Of a stretch of 64,000 nucleotides of DNA, positions 10,663 to 21,645 are shown one piece after another. The stretch covers positions 10,416 through 74,415 of the forward strand of contig JAHEIW010000003.1 in NCBI GenBank assembly GCA_024639185.1. The letters are read 5' to 3'. Origin of the DNA: Deltaproteobacteria bacterium. Lineage in GTDB: Bacteria; Desulfobacterota; Desulfobacteria; Desulfobacterales; JAHEIW01. The notes beneath the pieces are model-generated. The model did not search any database. It was not told the origin of the DNA and saw nothing but the letters and a program-made list of their open reading frames with translations. The translations under genes and the position numbers were made by a program. Every line of letters begins with the position of its first letter. The first letter of the stretch is position 1.

Positions 10663-10952
10663 TTGAATAGCTGACCAAAATGCTCACTGCCCGGTCTTAG
10701 GAAGAGGGGGCCCCCACCTTAAGCCGCATTACAGTCATATCTTTTTAAGCCATAAAACGTATCGATCGACAAGATGACTTTATCGGATCTCCCGAACCGG
10801 TAACGGCCTTCAATTTACACGCGGGATTAAAATGGGAATCCAAATTCTGCCAGCGGGCAGGATTCGGTTTTCGGTTTGCCGCTCGAACCGTATTATTAAT
10901 CGGAGGGTGCGGGGGGGCGCGGCGGGTCTGGTGAAAAAAAAAGGAGGTGGCT

Positions 10953-12512
10953 ATGATACACATGCGTATCCCAATCATTCTCATCCTGATGTTTTTGCTG
11001 GCGGCCTGCAACAGCGGAGGCGGCAGTGGATCGGGCGATTCTGGCGATTCTGGCGGCTCTGGGAGCTCCGGGGCAGTTACCCAGGTGGCCGAAAGCATGG
11101 AACGCTTAAGTGATGAGGAATTCAATGCACTAGCAGAAGAAGATAAAATGGGCGTCTCAAACAAAGTGATGGGGGCGCTTTTTAAGGGTGTTGCAGCGGA
11201 TGATTTTTTTAATCTCGGGGCCGGGGTTGCGGCCCTTGCTCTGCAAACCCCTGAAAATTATGTGTCCAAAATAGAAAAAGATCTGTCCAAGCCCGTCAAT
11301 GAAAGCTTGTATCGCAATCGAATCAAACAAAAATACGAGTTCGACGAAAAACAAGAACCCATCCAATATCAACTGGCCTTGCTTTATGAAGTTCCGCTGA
11401 GCAAAAATTATTTTGAACTCTGGATGGTCTATCAGCTGACCAATACCATCCTGTTTTCGCCGGCCGTTGAGCTGGATACCGTTGCATATGAGGATGCGCG
11501 GCGCATATTTGAGCGCGTGTTGAACGCTATCCGCCAGGACAACTCAATTCGCCAGATCGTATATGATCACATGATTTCTCAGGAAAACTGGCGCCGCTTT
11601 CGTTCACCGGAAGACAACACCCGCGAAATGATGGAAATATTTTTGAAACGCTTTAACGACGCCGAGGTGCCGCTGGCCGCCATGGCCTGCCAGAACTGGT
11701 CGCTGGAAGAAGATGATGATGAATACTTGCTGATCATCAGCCCTGAAAAAAACAGCGAGCCGGTTCAAATCCTGGAGACCACCGTGATCCAATGCACTGA
11801 ATTTTATCAGGCAGTTGCCGATCATGCCGATTTGATCCCCACGGTGGTATCCACGCTGGTTGACATTTTCTTTTACGGATATCTGCCGGAAGACAAGGCC
11901 CGGATTGTGGACGATATTGTTGAGGACGATCCGGTGACCTTTAACGATATATTCCAGAACATCCTCTTTTCAAAAGAATTTTTAATGAATGTGGAACGGC
12001 CAAAGTCATTCGAAGAAGTTTTTTTCAGCCTCAGCGACCGGCTGGACTGGTATGCCAGCAAGCGTTTTTTCAAAGACCTCAACCGGGTAACCAGCAGCTC
12101 GAATTTTCCCAGTCTCAACAACATGAAACAGGCCGCCATGACCTACAAACTGGGACGGCCGGCACGCATACCCCTGGATACGCTAAGCTTTGCCTTTTAT
12201 CATAAGGCCGTTCGCGAAAAGCTGTTAATCGACCGCAAAGGCAATCCCGATAACAACAACGATGGCGGCTGGCAGGAGTCGCTGATCAACGTAAATCTGA
12301 TGCAAGACGACTTTATTGATTATTTGTTCCTAACGGTTTTGTCGCGCAACGCCAGTGAGCGAGAATTGACCGAGCTCAATGCCGTTATTGCAGATAAGGG
12401 CTTTAACCGCAGCGACCGGAAAATGCAACAGGCCATGATCGTCCTGGATTACATATCCCGGCTGTCGGAATTATATCATACCCGGCCGTTTGAAAAGGAG
12501 GTGCAAGAATGA
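10953..12512 (+). CDS. Lipoprotein, probable divergent DUF1800-like partner of DUF1501
   Basis: LAAC lipobox, Gly/Ser linker, EDNTREMMEIF resembling the DUF1800 ENxARE motif; overlaps the DUF1501 gene. Confidence 0.55.
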   Translation: MIHMRIPIILILMFLLAACNSGGGSGSGDSGDSGGSGSSGAVTQVAESMERLSDEEFNALAEEDKMGVSNKVMGALFKGVAADDFFNLGAGVAALALQTPENYVSKIEKDLSKPVNESLYRNRIKQKYEFDEKQEPIQYQLALLYEVPLSKNYFELWMVYQLTNTILFSPAVELDTVAYEDARRIFERVLNAIRQDNSIRQIVYDHMISQENWRRFRSPEDNTREMMEIFLKRFNDAEVPLAAMACQNWSLEEDDDEYLLIISPEKNSEPVQILETTVIQCTEFYQAVADHADLIPTVVSTLVDIFFYGYLPEDKARIVDDIVEDDPVTFNDIFQNILFSKEFLMNVERPKSFEEVFFSLSDRLDWYASKRFFKDLNRVTSSSNFPSLNNMKQAAMTYKLGRPARIPLDTLSFAFYHKAVREKLLIDRKGNPDNNNDGGWQESLINVNLMQDDFIDYLFLTVLSRNASERELTELNAVIADKGFNRSDRKMQQAMIVLDYISRLSELYHTRPFEKEVQE

Positions 12513-13903
12513 TAACGAGAAGACAGTTTCTAAAAGCAGCCGGAATCGGGGGCCTTTCTTTGATGGCGCCACCGCTGCTCTGGAAAAACGAAGTACAGGC
12601 GGCTTTGCCGGATGCGCTCAATTATGCGGCACCGGCGGTGATCCCGCAGGTCATCCATATTTTCCTGTACGGCGGGCCTTCGGAGCTGGCCGGCAATCTG
12701 ACCAACATTGAAGAAATCGCTGCTAACTCACAAAATCCATACCCGTCCAGCCTGGATCCGGATAATGCCAACAGCGATATCACCGCCAATAATTTTTGGG
12801 GTGCTGCCGGCGGTGATATCATGGAGCAATTGCTGGACAACGGGCAAATGTCGTTGTATCGCACCATCAACCGCATTAAAGATGACAACAAAGGCCACAG
12901 TCGTTGTATCTCTCAAAACCTGGTCGGCAACCTGGATTTATCCAAAGCAGGAATTGCCACGACCCTGGCGGCCATCATCGATAAATATAACCCTTTTGCA
13001 AACAAACAGGTTGATGAGTTGCTGCTGCCTTTTGTGACCTTTGAAGGCAATTCGCGGGTGTTCAGCCCGGGCGACCTGGACGTTCCGCTGGCCTTGCGGC
13101 CCCTGGCGCTGGATGCCAATTTCAACAATCCTTACGCGCGCTCCAGAAATAATTATCTGGATGCCAGCAACGAAAACGATAATGACCAAAAACTGGAAGA
13201 GCTGGCTCAGATACAGTCCAACTTATTTCCGCAATATGAAAACATCAATAACGCCCTGATTAAACGCGCCGAGCTGGCGGGTTTTATTGAAAGCAGCTTT
13301 AACAGTGAAAAAATCATTGAGGATCTGCCTGTTGATCCGGGCACCGGGCAAAAGATCCAGTATCCGGACTCCAATTTCGGAAACCGGTTACGGGCCGCAG
13401 TCAGTCTGGCGATCAAGAATCCGGAAAGCATTTTCATCAGCCTGGGCAGCGGTGGGTTAGGTGGCTGGGACGATCATTCCGATTCTCTGACACGCTATCC
13501 GAGTCGCATACAGCGCCTGATGGAAGCCCTGCAGGCGGCCGCCCGCCATATGGCGCTGATGGAAGCCAACACGATTATCATCAACGTGTTCGGTGACTTC
13601 GGCCGGAATGTCAATGTGAACGACTCAAAGGGTTGGGACCACGGCAACAATCAGAATCTGTATACCCTCGGCGGTGCCGATATACCGGATCGCGCCCTGG
13701 GAAAACTGGTCGGAAAAACCCGGCGTATCGGAACGGCTTTTCAAAACCGCCAATTTACCTCGCCGACCGACGACAGCTATCAATGTGAACCTTTTGCCAT
13801 TGCCTCGACCCTGTTTAAATACTTCGGTGTCCGGAATCCGGAAGTGCTCACCGGGGAGCCTGCCATTGACGAATCCGATAACATACCCAACGAAAGGGCG
13901 TAG
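12509..13903 (+). CDS. Tat-exported DUF1501 family protein
   Basis: TRRQFLK Tat signal; IFLYGGPS, GGWDDH, GDFGR, GWDHG motifs. Confidence 0.85.
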   Translation: MITRRQFLKAAGIGGLSLMAPPLLWKNEVQAALPDALNYAAPAVIPQVIHIFLYGGPSELAGNLTNIEEIAANSQNPYPSSLDPDNANSDITANNFWGAAGGDIMEQLLDNGQMSLYRTINRIKDDNKGHSRCISQNLVGNLDLSKAGIATTLAAIIDKYNPFANKQVDELLLPFVTFEGNSRVFSPGDLDVPLALRPLALDANFNNPYARSRNNYLDASNENDNDQKLEELAQIQSNLFPQYENINNALIKRAELAGFIESSFNSEKIIEDLPVDPGTGQKIQYPDSNFGNRLRAAVSLAIKNPESIFISLGSGGLGGWDDHSDSLTRYPSRIQRLMEALQAAARHMALMEANTIIINVFGDFGRNVNVNDSKGWDHGNNQNLYTLGGADIPDRALGKLVGKTRRIGTAFQNRQFTSPTDDSYQCEPFAIASTLFKYFGVRNPEVLTGEPAIDESDNIPNERA

Positions 13904-14007
13904 TCTCTGGCTCACATTTGCAACAATAAAGGTCTGTGAAGCAATTGCTTTTCGGCGAGTGTTGCGACTGAGTATGCGCGGCACCACCTGAAATCAACCA
14001 TAACCAG

Positions 14008-14040
14008 GCGACGGTTGAAATTTATCAATCGTCGCTTTCT
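14008..14040 (+). terminator. Probable intrinsic terminator
   Basis: gcgacggttga-aattta-tcaatcgtcgc followed by tttct. Confidence 0.55.
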
Positions 14041-14051
14041 CTTGTAAGCGT

Positions 14052-14081
14052 TTGACTTCTTTCAAGAAAAAAAGCTATAAT
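14052..14081 (+). promoter_or_regulatory. sigma70-type promoter
   Basis: TTGACT-N18-TATAAT. Confidence 0.55.
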
Positions 14082-14206
14082 ATATGTGATTCCTGACTCA
14101 ATCTGCCAGCAAAATGGGTGCTCAATTCGAATAGCGCGCATCGTATACGAACGATGTGTTTGGTTTCAGAACGTCATAACCACTGCAGCAGGAAAGGCTT
14201 TTGGGA

Positions 14207-14704
14207 ATGCCCAACGCAATGCGCGGAAAATTGATTCTAAAAGCAGTACCGGCCGGAGACGCTGAAGAAAAAGTCGTAATGATGCTGCTTAAATTCGCAA
14301 AAACAGCTTCCGCAATCGAGCTAACCAAAAAGGTCCGAGATACGCCGTATGTGCTCAGCGGTGATATTGAAGCCGAAAAAGCGCTGATGTTCATCGAGGC
14401 GTTTCAAAAATGCGGGGCAACGGCAGTGTTTATCCCCCATGTAACCGAAGATGCCCCTGCCGAACAGTTAGCTCCGGTCCAGAGGCCGCAGGTATTTTCT
14501 TTTGAATCAGATGCATCTTTTATGGATGAAGAAACCCCGCCGCCCATCCATGTAAAACCCCCCAAAAACGGCGTCCGTCGCTTAACCATGACACTGGTCA
14601 TCATCTTATTCGTTTTATCCCTTGGTTTTCTCACATGGCAGCTCTGGCCGATTATCGGCGACAAGGTTCAGGAGATTATCAACTTCCTCAAAAACAACAT
14701 CTAA
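14207..14704 (+). CDS. Hypothetical membrane-anchored protein (L7/L12 C-terminal-like N domain)
   Basis: TPYVLSGDIEAEKA..FQKCGA pattern, Pro-rich linker, C-terminal TM helix; RBS ggaaagg. Confidence 0.65.
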   Translation: MPNAMRGKLILKAVPAGDAEEKVVMMLLKFAKTASAIELTKKVRDTPYVLSGDIEAEKALMFIEAFQKCGATAVFIPHVTEDAPAEQLAPVQRPQVFSFESDASFMDEETPPPIHVKPPKNGVRRLTMTLVIILFVLSLGFLTWQLWPIIGDKVQEIINFLKNNI

Positions 14705-14846
14705 AACCTGTCTCAAAAATGCGTCAAAGTGCTCAGGGCTGTGTTATCCCGTGAATTGAAATACTCACGTACTCCGTGTACGCTCTGTTTTCAATTCACG
14801 GGACGCCTTGCCCTGAACCCTAATCCACTATTTTTGAGACAGGTTT
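14704..14846 (+). repeat. ERIC-like palindromic element, copy 2
   Basis: Perfect 17-bp TIR aaacctgtctcaaaaat; CTGTGTT..CACGTAC-tccgt-GTACGC..CGCCTTG. Confidence 0.8.
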
Positions 14847-15065
14847 ACATATTTTTATGTTTTAAATTAATTTCTGATTGCAAAAAATATCAAAAGTTAA
14901 TGATTTGAAACGCTCAGCTTTGGGACCGAAGCTGAGCGCTTGTCGAGGTTGCCGCATATACACGGAAAAAGGGGTCCCGCTATAGTTAGCTATGCTAAAG
15001 AAGCGAACGCCATCTAACACAGTAGATGCAGTGAGATCGGCAAGCCCCTTGGGGTTTCAAATTTT

Positions 15066-15160
15066 TAGTGGTTGTTAAAATAACGTTTCTGAATTCAAAC
15101 TTTTTTTACAACCACTTATGCCGCGCTTCCTTATTTCCGTATGTTATAAAAGTAAGCGGC
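15066..15160. repeat. Double-hairpin dispersed repeat, copy A
   Basis: Aligns with 26103-26198; shared ACAACCACTTATGCCGC. Confidence 0.7.
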
Positions 15161-15356
15161 GAAAAATTTAGAAAGATAGTATTCCTTTTAATTATATTTT
15201 TGCTCTATTTTTAAAATTTCAAACGCTCACTTTAAGTAAAAGTTATGTAAAACATACCCCGCCCATATTGACTGTAGCGGCAGACATTTATAGAATTTTA
15301 GCATACACGTTAAAAGCGACTCAAAACCATCACCGAAATTGCCGGGAATCCAATTT

Positions 15357-18300
15357 ATGAAAATACAAAACATCATTTTGATTATCACAGCCCTTTTACT
15401 CGTATCCACACTGGCCTGGTCTGAAGACGCATCCCACCGTGACCTTCGCAGCCGGGCACAAAAGGCCTACACCGACGGCAACTGGCAGGATGCTTTTGAG
15501 CTGTATCGCCGGCTGAGCCTGGATCCCGCAGCCGATCCTAAAAGGATCGGTCCGGATTTTTCCCAGGCCTGGCAGTGTTTGCGCCAGCTGGGCCGATTGG
15601 ATGAGCTGGACGGTTTCCGTGAAGCGGTCATAGAGCAACACGCCACCAATTGGCGACTTCTGCTAACTGCGGCCCGCAGCTACAGCCAAAACTCCCATTG
15701 GGGCTATTTGATTGCCGGAGAATTTCAGCGTGGTCCCCACCGCGGCGGCGGGAAATATGTCAACGCCATTGCCCGCGATCGGGTTCGTGCATTGCAGCTT
15801 CTGCAAAAGGCCATGGCGCCAGCCGAATCGGATCCGCAAAAAGCTGAAGTCGCCCAGTTTTACATGGAGTTTGCCCGTACCGTGCAGCAGCATCGCGGCA
15901 GTGCCCAGGCCTGGCGTCTGCAATATTTGACTGATCTTACTCATTTGCCTGACTACGAACCCGGATACGGTCATGAGTATGGTCGTCGCACCCACTATGC
16001 ACCGGTTGATACGCAGGGCCAGCCGGTTTACCATCACGTTCCAGAAGACTTTGACGCCGCTGCCTCAGACGGGGAACGCTGGCGCTGGCTGCTGGCCAGG
16101 GCCGTGGTGCTTGATCCGGCGCTGCAAGCCGGTGTTGAATATACCTGGGGCACTTTTTTGCTCCAGCAGTTTGGTGTGCAAACGCTGGCGGATTATGGCA
16201 TCCTATACGGCCGTGGGGGCCCTGCAGACAATGCTGCGCACAAAAAAGATGACAGTGGCGCTTACGCAGTTCACACTTTAGGCGACGGTGAAACCATTGC
16301 GCGGCTGGCGGTAGGGGTGCGGCGCTTTGATCTGCCTGATGAATTTAATTTCATTCATGTGTATAAAAAAATCCTTGAAAACGGCAATAACGGTCATCAC
16401 GCAAATGCGACCCGGGCGCTGGCTCAGATCTACGAAAACCGGCGGCAGTATGATCGTGCTGTCCAATACTGGCAACGCTATCAAAAATATAGTCGCAGCG
16501 CCGCCCAAAAACGAATTGATCAGATCACCAAAAACTGGGGTGTCTTTGAGTCCGGCGGCATGCAGCCGGCCGGCACAACACCCCGCGTTGAATATCGCTT
16601 TCGCAACGGCCGCCGTGTCGCGTTCAGCGCTCGTCGCATCCGCGTCAAACGGCTGCTCGAAGATGTAAAAGCATATATCCGCAGCGAAAACCGACGGCTA
16701 AAATGGCAAAGCATCAACCTTAACAATATCGGCTGGCGCATCGTTCATGAAAATCAGAACCAGTATGTCGGCAAGCAGGTGGCCAGCTGGCAGCTGAAGC
16801 TGGATCCTGACGAGCGACACTGGGATCGGCATGTCACCGTTGAATTCCCTGATGCCCTTAAAACAGCCGGTGCATACCTGGTCACGGCCCAAATGCAGGA
16901 CGGCAACGTCGCCCGCATCATCGTCTGGGTGGCCGATACGGTTATCGTTAAAAAACCGCTTAAACAGCAGATGCTCTATTATGTAGCCGACGCGGTCAGC
17001 GGCAAAGCGTTGGCCGGTGTCAACCTCGAATTTTTCGGCTACCGCACCCGTTCGATTAAAGGCACCAATCGTTACCGCATCCTTCACCGGGAATTAAACA
17101 AAGAAACCGACAAAAACGGTCTGGTAATTGTCGAACCCTCTCAGATGGCTCAAAATATGTCCTGGCTGGCAACCGCAACCACGCGCGCCGGGCGTCTGGC
17201 CTTTTTAGGTTTTTCCAATGTCTGGTATCCAAATTACTATGATAGCGAATACAACCAGACCAAAACCCTGATCATGACTGACCGACCGGTATACCGCCCG
17301 GCCCAGACGGTCAAATTTAAGGCCTGGGTACGGCACGCCCGCTATGATAAAGCGAATACCTCTGCCTTTGCCGGTCAGCCGTTTAATGTTCGAATCCATA
17401 ATCCCAAAAACGAGCAAATCTATTCGCAACGCCTGACGGCCGATGCCTATGGCGGTATCACAGGCGACTTTAATATCCCGGCCGAGGCACCTTTGGGCGT
17501 ATACCGCATCTCCCATGACCATAGCAGCGTTTACGGTGGTCAGACCTTTCGGGTGGAAGAATACAAAAAACCCGAATTTGAGGTCAGCGTTGAAGCGCCT
17601 GCCGAACCGGTCATGCTCGGTGAAAAGATCACCGCCACGATTAAGGCCACCTATTATTTCGGCTCTGCGGTCACTGAAGCCCGGGTTCAATACAAGGTGT
17701 TGCGCACTGAACATGACAGCCGCTGGTATCCACGATTATACTGGGACTGGTTTTATGGACCGGGTTACTGGTGGTATGCCTATGATTATCCCTGGTATCC
17801 GGGCTGGAAAGACTGGGGCTGCCTTAGACCCATATGGAGCTGGTGGCCACAACGACCGCAGCAGCCACCGGAGATCGTGGCCGACGGCGAAGTTAACATC
17901 GGCCCGGATGGCACGGTTAAAATCCCCATCGATACCGCGTTGGCCAAACTGGTTCACGGCGACAGCGACCATCGCTATACCATCAAGGCCGAAGTGCGGG
18001 ATCAGTCACGGCGAACAATTAGCGGCCAGGGTCAGGTGCTGGTGGCCCGCAAACCCTTTACGGTTTATGCCTGGTTAGACCGCGGCCATTACCAGATCGG
18101 CGATACGATTAACGCCAGCTTTAAAGCCCAAACCCTCAGTCGAAACCCGGTTGCCGGCCGGGGCCGGCTCAAACTGCTGCGCATCACCTATCGGAACAAC
18201 CAGCCCCGGGAAACTGAAGTGGCCAGCTGGGACCTGGACACCGACGACCAGGGCAATGCCGCCCTGAAGATTCAGGCGTCCCGCTCCGGTCAATACCGTT

Positions 18301-21300
18301 TGTCCTATACCGTAAAGGATGGCAAAGAACATGCCATTGAAGGCGGCTATATTTTTACCGTCCGCGGCCGAGGGGATGACGGTGCCGACTATCGGTTTGC
18401 CAAAATCGAATTGATTGCCGATAAGACCGAATATGCGCCCGGGGACACGGCACAGTTGCAGATCAACACCGATCGTGCCGGTGCCACGGTGGTGCTGTTT
18501 GTGCGCCCGGTCAACGGCATCTATTTACCGCCTAAAATAATCACCCCGCGCGGCAAAAGCGCCCGTGAGACGATAACCATATCAAAAAAGGACATGCCCA
18601 ATTTTTTTGTGGAGGCATTTACCGTTTATGACGGCAAGGTGCACACGGAGGTGCGAGAAATTGTGGTGCCGCCTGAAAAACGGGTGCTCAGAGTAAACGT
18701 TACACCTGCCCAAAAAGACTATCGTCCCGGACAAACCGCCAAACTCAGCGTTCGGCTAACCGATTTTAATGGTGAGCCTTTTCAAGGCTCAGCGGTCATC
18801 AGCGTTTATGACCGCGCGGTCGAATATATTTCCGGCGGCTCCAATGTCCCGGAAATTCGCTCCTTCTTCTGGAAATGGCGCCGGCACCATCAATCCTACC
18901 GGGAATCCAGTTTGGAACGCTGGTTTGCCAACTTGCTCAAAAAAAAGGAAACCCCCATGATGCCCATCGGGGTCTTTGGCAATCTGATCATAGCCGATGC
19001 GGCCGGTAAAAAGTCGCACGCCAAACAAACAATGGCCCGTTCTCAGGTAGCGCTTGAAGCCGGTGCAGCCCGGGCGCCCGCGTCGGCCAAAGCTGCGCTA
19101 GAGGAAAAAGCCGATGAATCAGGCCGATTTGCCGACAAGGAAGCTTCGGCTGACGACAATCTGGTCCAGCCAGCGGTGCGCAGCAAATTTGCCGATACCG
19201 CCTTCTGGTCGGCCGGCATCACCACAAATGCACAGGGTATGGCAGAAGTTACCTTTAAAATGCCCGAAAATTTGACCGGCTGGCGGGCTAACGTCTGGGC
19301 CATGGGACACGGCACCAGAGTCGGCCAGGGTGATGCCGCCCTGGTGACCCGCAAGGATCTGATTGTGCGCCTGCAGGCCCCCCGGTTTTTTGTGGAAACC
19401 GATGAGGTCGTGCTATCGGCGAACGTCCATAATTATTTGAAGCACCGCAAATCCGCTAAGGTGGTGCTCGATTTGGAGGGCGGTTGTCTGGCATTGGTAA
19501 AGGGCCAGAAACAAACCCAATCCATATCTGTTGACGCCGATGGTGAACAGCGCGTGGACTGGCGCGTTAAGGTCATCAAAGAGGGCGAGGCGGTGGTGCG
19601 CATGCAGGCGTTGACCAATGAAGAATCCGACGCCATGCAGATGCGCTTTCCGGTATATGTTCACGGCATGGTCAAGCAGGTACCTAAAAGCGGCGTCATC
19701 CGTGCCGATCAGAGCCGGGCCCAGATCCGCTTTCAGGTGCCCGCCGCCCGGCGCGTGGATCAATCCCGCCTGGAGTTGCGCTATTCACCGACGCTGGCCG
19801 GCGCCATGGTGGATGCCCTGCCGTATCTGGTCAGCTATCCATACGGCTGCACCGAACAAACCTTGAATCGATTTTTACCCACCGTGATCACCCAGCAAAC
19901 CTTAAAGCGCATGGGTGTTGATCTGGCCGATATCAAAAACAAGCGCACCAATTTAAATGCCCAGGAAATCGGTGAAGACACCCGGCGGACCGAGCAATGG
20001 CAGCGCTACGATCACAACCCGGTATTTGACGAAGATGAAGTGGCATCCATGGTGGCTGCCGGCGTCGGCCGCCTGGTGGCCATGCAGCTGTCTGACGGCG
20101 GCTGGGGCTGGTTTAGCGGCTACGGTGAGCGGTCCTATCCGCATACCACGGCTCTGGTCGTTCATGGGTTAGAGATCGCCCGGCAAAATGGGGTGATAAT
20201 ATCCGAGCAGGTGCTCACGCGGGGCATCCAGTGGCTCAAAAATTATCAGGCCAAAGAAATAGAGCGCTTGCGTCTGTGGGACCGCACCCAAAAGAAAGGA
20301 AAGCCACAGGCCGACAATCTGGACGCCTTTGTCTATATGGTGCTGATCGATGCGGGCGTCGAAAATATACATATGCGCGCCTATCTGTATCGTGACCGCA
20401 ACCGCTTGGCGGTTTATGCCAAGGCGATGTTCGGCCTAGCGCTGATTAAGGTCGAAGACGCTGAAAAACTGGCCATGATTATTAAAAATATCGAACAGTT
20501 TCTGGTGGTCGACGATGAAAACCAGACCGCCTATCTGAACCTGCCCAACAGTCATTACTGGTGGTACTGGTATGGCTCCGAGTATGAAGCCCACGCCTAT
20601 TACCTGAAGCTGTTGGCGCGCACCGATCCGGCCGGTAAAAAAGCGCCCGGCCTGGTTAAGTATTTACTCAACAATCGCAAGCACGCCACTTACTGGAACA
20701 GCACCCGGGATACGGCGGTGGTCGTGGAAGCCTTTGCCGATTATCTGGCCGCCAGCGGTGAGGCCGCGCCGGATTTAACCCTGGACATTCACTTCAACGG
20801 CCAGAAGTTAAAAACGGTGCGCATAAATGCCCAAAACCTTTTTACTTTCGATAATAAATGGATTCTGGTTGGCAAACAGATTCCCGGCGGCACCCAGACG
20901 CTGACGCTTAAAAAAGCCGGCCGGGGCCCGATCTATTTTAATGCCTACCTGGATTATTTTTCCCTCGAAGACTTTATCACGCGGGAAGGTCTGGAGATCA
21001 AAGTTCAGCGCCGGGTCTTTCGCTTAAAAGAAATAGACAAAACAATTAAGGATGTCGGCTCACGCGGGCAGGTCGTTGATCGCCGGGTGGAAAAATACGA
21101 GCGCCGGCCGCTTGATAATGGGGCGACCTTAAAAAACGGAGAGCTGGTCGAAATCGAGCTGATCATTGACAGCAAAAACGATTATGAATACCTGGTCTTT
21201 GAGGACATGAAGGCCGCCGGATTTGAACCCGTTGAGGTGCGCAGCGGCTACAGCGGCAATGAAATGGGGGCCTATGTGGAATTCCGTGATCATAAAGTCG

Positions 21301-21470
21301 CCTTTTTCGTGCGTCGCCTGGCGCGCGGCAAACACAGTGTCAGTTATCGGCTACGGGCGGAAATTCCAGGTAAATTCAGCGCATTGCCCACCAGGGCCTA
21401 TGCCATGTATGCACCGGAGCTGAAAGCCAATTCCGATGAAATCAAACTGATCATAGCTGACGATGAGTGA
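15357..21470 (+). CDS. Bacterial alpha-2-macroglobulin family protein with TPR-like N-terminus
   Basis: TDRPVYRP (MG2), FRVEEYKKPEFEV, MPENLTGW, thioester YPYGCTEQ, AMYAPE. Confidence 0.93.
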   Translation: MKIQNIILIITALLLVSTLAWSEDASHRDLRSRAQKAYTDGNWQDAFELYRRLSLDPAADPKRIGPDFSQAWQCLRQLGRLDELDGFREAVIEQHATNWRLLLTAARSYSQNSHWGYLIAGEFQRGPHRGGGKYVNAIARDRVRALQLLQKAMAPAESDPQKAEVAQFYMEFARTVQQHRGSAQAWRLQYLTDLTHLPDYEPGYGHEYGRRTHYAPVDTQGQPVYHHVPEDFDAAASDGERWRWLLARAVVLDPALQAGVEYTWGTFLLQQFGVQTLADYGILYGRGGPADNAAHKKDDSGAYAVHTLGDGETIARLAVGVRRFDLPDEFNFIHVYKKILENGNNGHHANATRALAQIYENRRQYDRAVQYWQRYQKYSRSAAQKRIDQITKNWGVFESGGMQPAGTTPRVEYRFRNGRRVAFSARRIRVKRLLEDVKAYIRSENRRLKWQSINLNNIGWRIVHENQNQYVGKQVASWQLKLDPDERHWDRHVTVEFPDALKTAGAYLVTAQMQDGNVARIIVWVADTVIVKKPLKQQMLYYVADAVSGKALAGVNLEFFGYRTRSIKGTNRYRILHRELNKETDKNGLVIVEPSQMAQNMSWLATATTRAGRLAFLGFSNVWYPNYYDSEYNQTKTLIMTDRPVYRPAQTVKFKAWVRHARYDKANTSAFAGQPFNVRIHNPKNEQIYSQRLTADAYGGITGDFNIPAEAPLGVYRISHDHSSVYGGQTFRVEEYKKPEFEVSVEAPAEPVMLGEKITATIKATYYFGSAVTEARVQYKVLRTEHDSRWYPRLYWDWFYGPGYWWYAYDYPWYPGWKDWGCLRPIWSWWPQRPQQPPEIVADGEVNIGPDGTVKIPIDTALAKLVHGDSDHRYTIKAEVRDQSRRTISGQGQVLVARKPFTVYAWLDRGHYQIGDTINASFKAQTLSRNPVAGRGRLKLLRITYRNNQPRETEVASWDLDTDDQGNAALKIQASRSGQYRLSYTVKDGKEHAIEGGYIFTVRGRGDDGADYRFAKIELIADKTEYAPGDTAQLQINTDRAGATVVLFVRPVNGIYLPPKIITPRGKSARETITISKKDMPNFFVEAFTVYDGKVHTEVREIVVPPEKRVLRVNVTPAQKDYRPGQTAKLSVRLTDFNGEPFQGSAVISVYDRAVEYISGGSNVPEIRSFFWKWRRHHQSYRESSLERWFANLLKKKETPMMPIGVFGNLIIADAAGKKSHAKQTMARSQVALEAGAARAPASAKAALEEKADESGRFADKEASADDNLVQPAVRSKFADTAFWSAGITTNAQGMAEVTFKMPENLTGWRANVWAMGHGTRVGQGDAALVTRKDLIVRLQAPRFFVETDEVVLSANVHNYLKHRKSAKVVLDLEGGCLALVKGQKQTQSISVDADGEQRVDWRVKVIKEGEAVVRMQALTNEESDAMQMRFPVYVHGMVKQVPKSGVIRADQSRAQIRFQVPAARRVDQSRLELRYSPTLAGAMVDALPYLVSYPYGCTEQTLNRFLPTVITQQTLKRMGVDLADIKNKRTNLNAQEIGEDTRRTEQWQRYDHNPVFDEDEVASMVAAGVGRLVAMQLSDGGWGWFSGYGERSYPHTTALVVHGLEIARQNGVIISEQVLTRGIQWLKNYQAKEIERLRLWDRTQKKGKPQADNLDAFVYMVLIDAGVENIHMRAYLYRDRNRLAVYAKAMFGLALIKVEDAEKLAMIIKNIEQFLVVDDENQTAYLNLPNSHYWWYWYGSEYEAHAYYLKLLARTDPAGKKAPGLVKYLLNNRKHATYWNSTRDTAVVVEAFADYLAASGEAAPDLTLDIHFNGQKLKTVRINAQNLFTFDNKWILVGKQIPGGTQTLTLKKAGRGPIYFNAYLDYFSLEDFITREGLEIKVQRRVFRLKEIDKTIKDVGSRGQVVDRRVEKYERRPLDNGATLKNGELVEIELIIDSKNDYEYLVFEDMKAAGFEPVEVRSGYSGNEMGAYVEFRDHKVAFFVRRLARGKHSVSYRLRAEIPGKFSALPTRAYAMYAPELKANSDEIKLIIADDE

Positions 21471-21645
21471 CCATCCGAATTTTTTGTGAATATGCATTCA
21501 AGCGGACTGAATCGAAATGAATGCCAAGGCAGATAGATGATTTGACCCGATGGTGTGTGCTATTACCAAGCCGGAGACGACGGGCCCAATCAGAGACAGA
21601 GTACAGCTGTCTTTTTAATCGCCCGTTGCCTATGGAACCAACATC

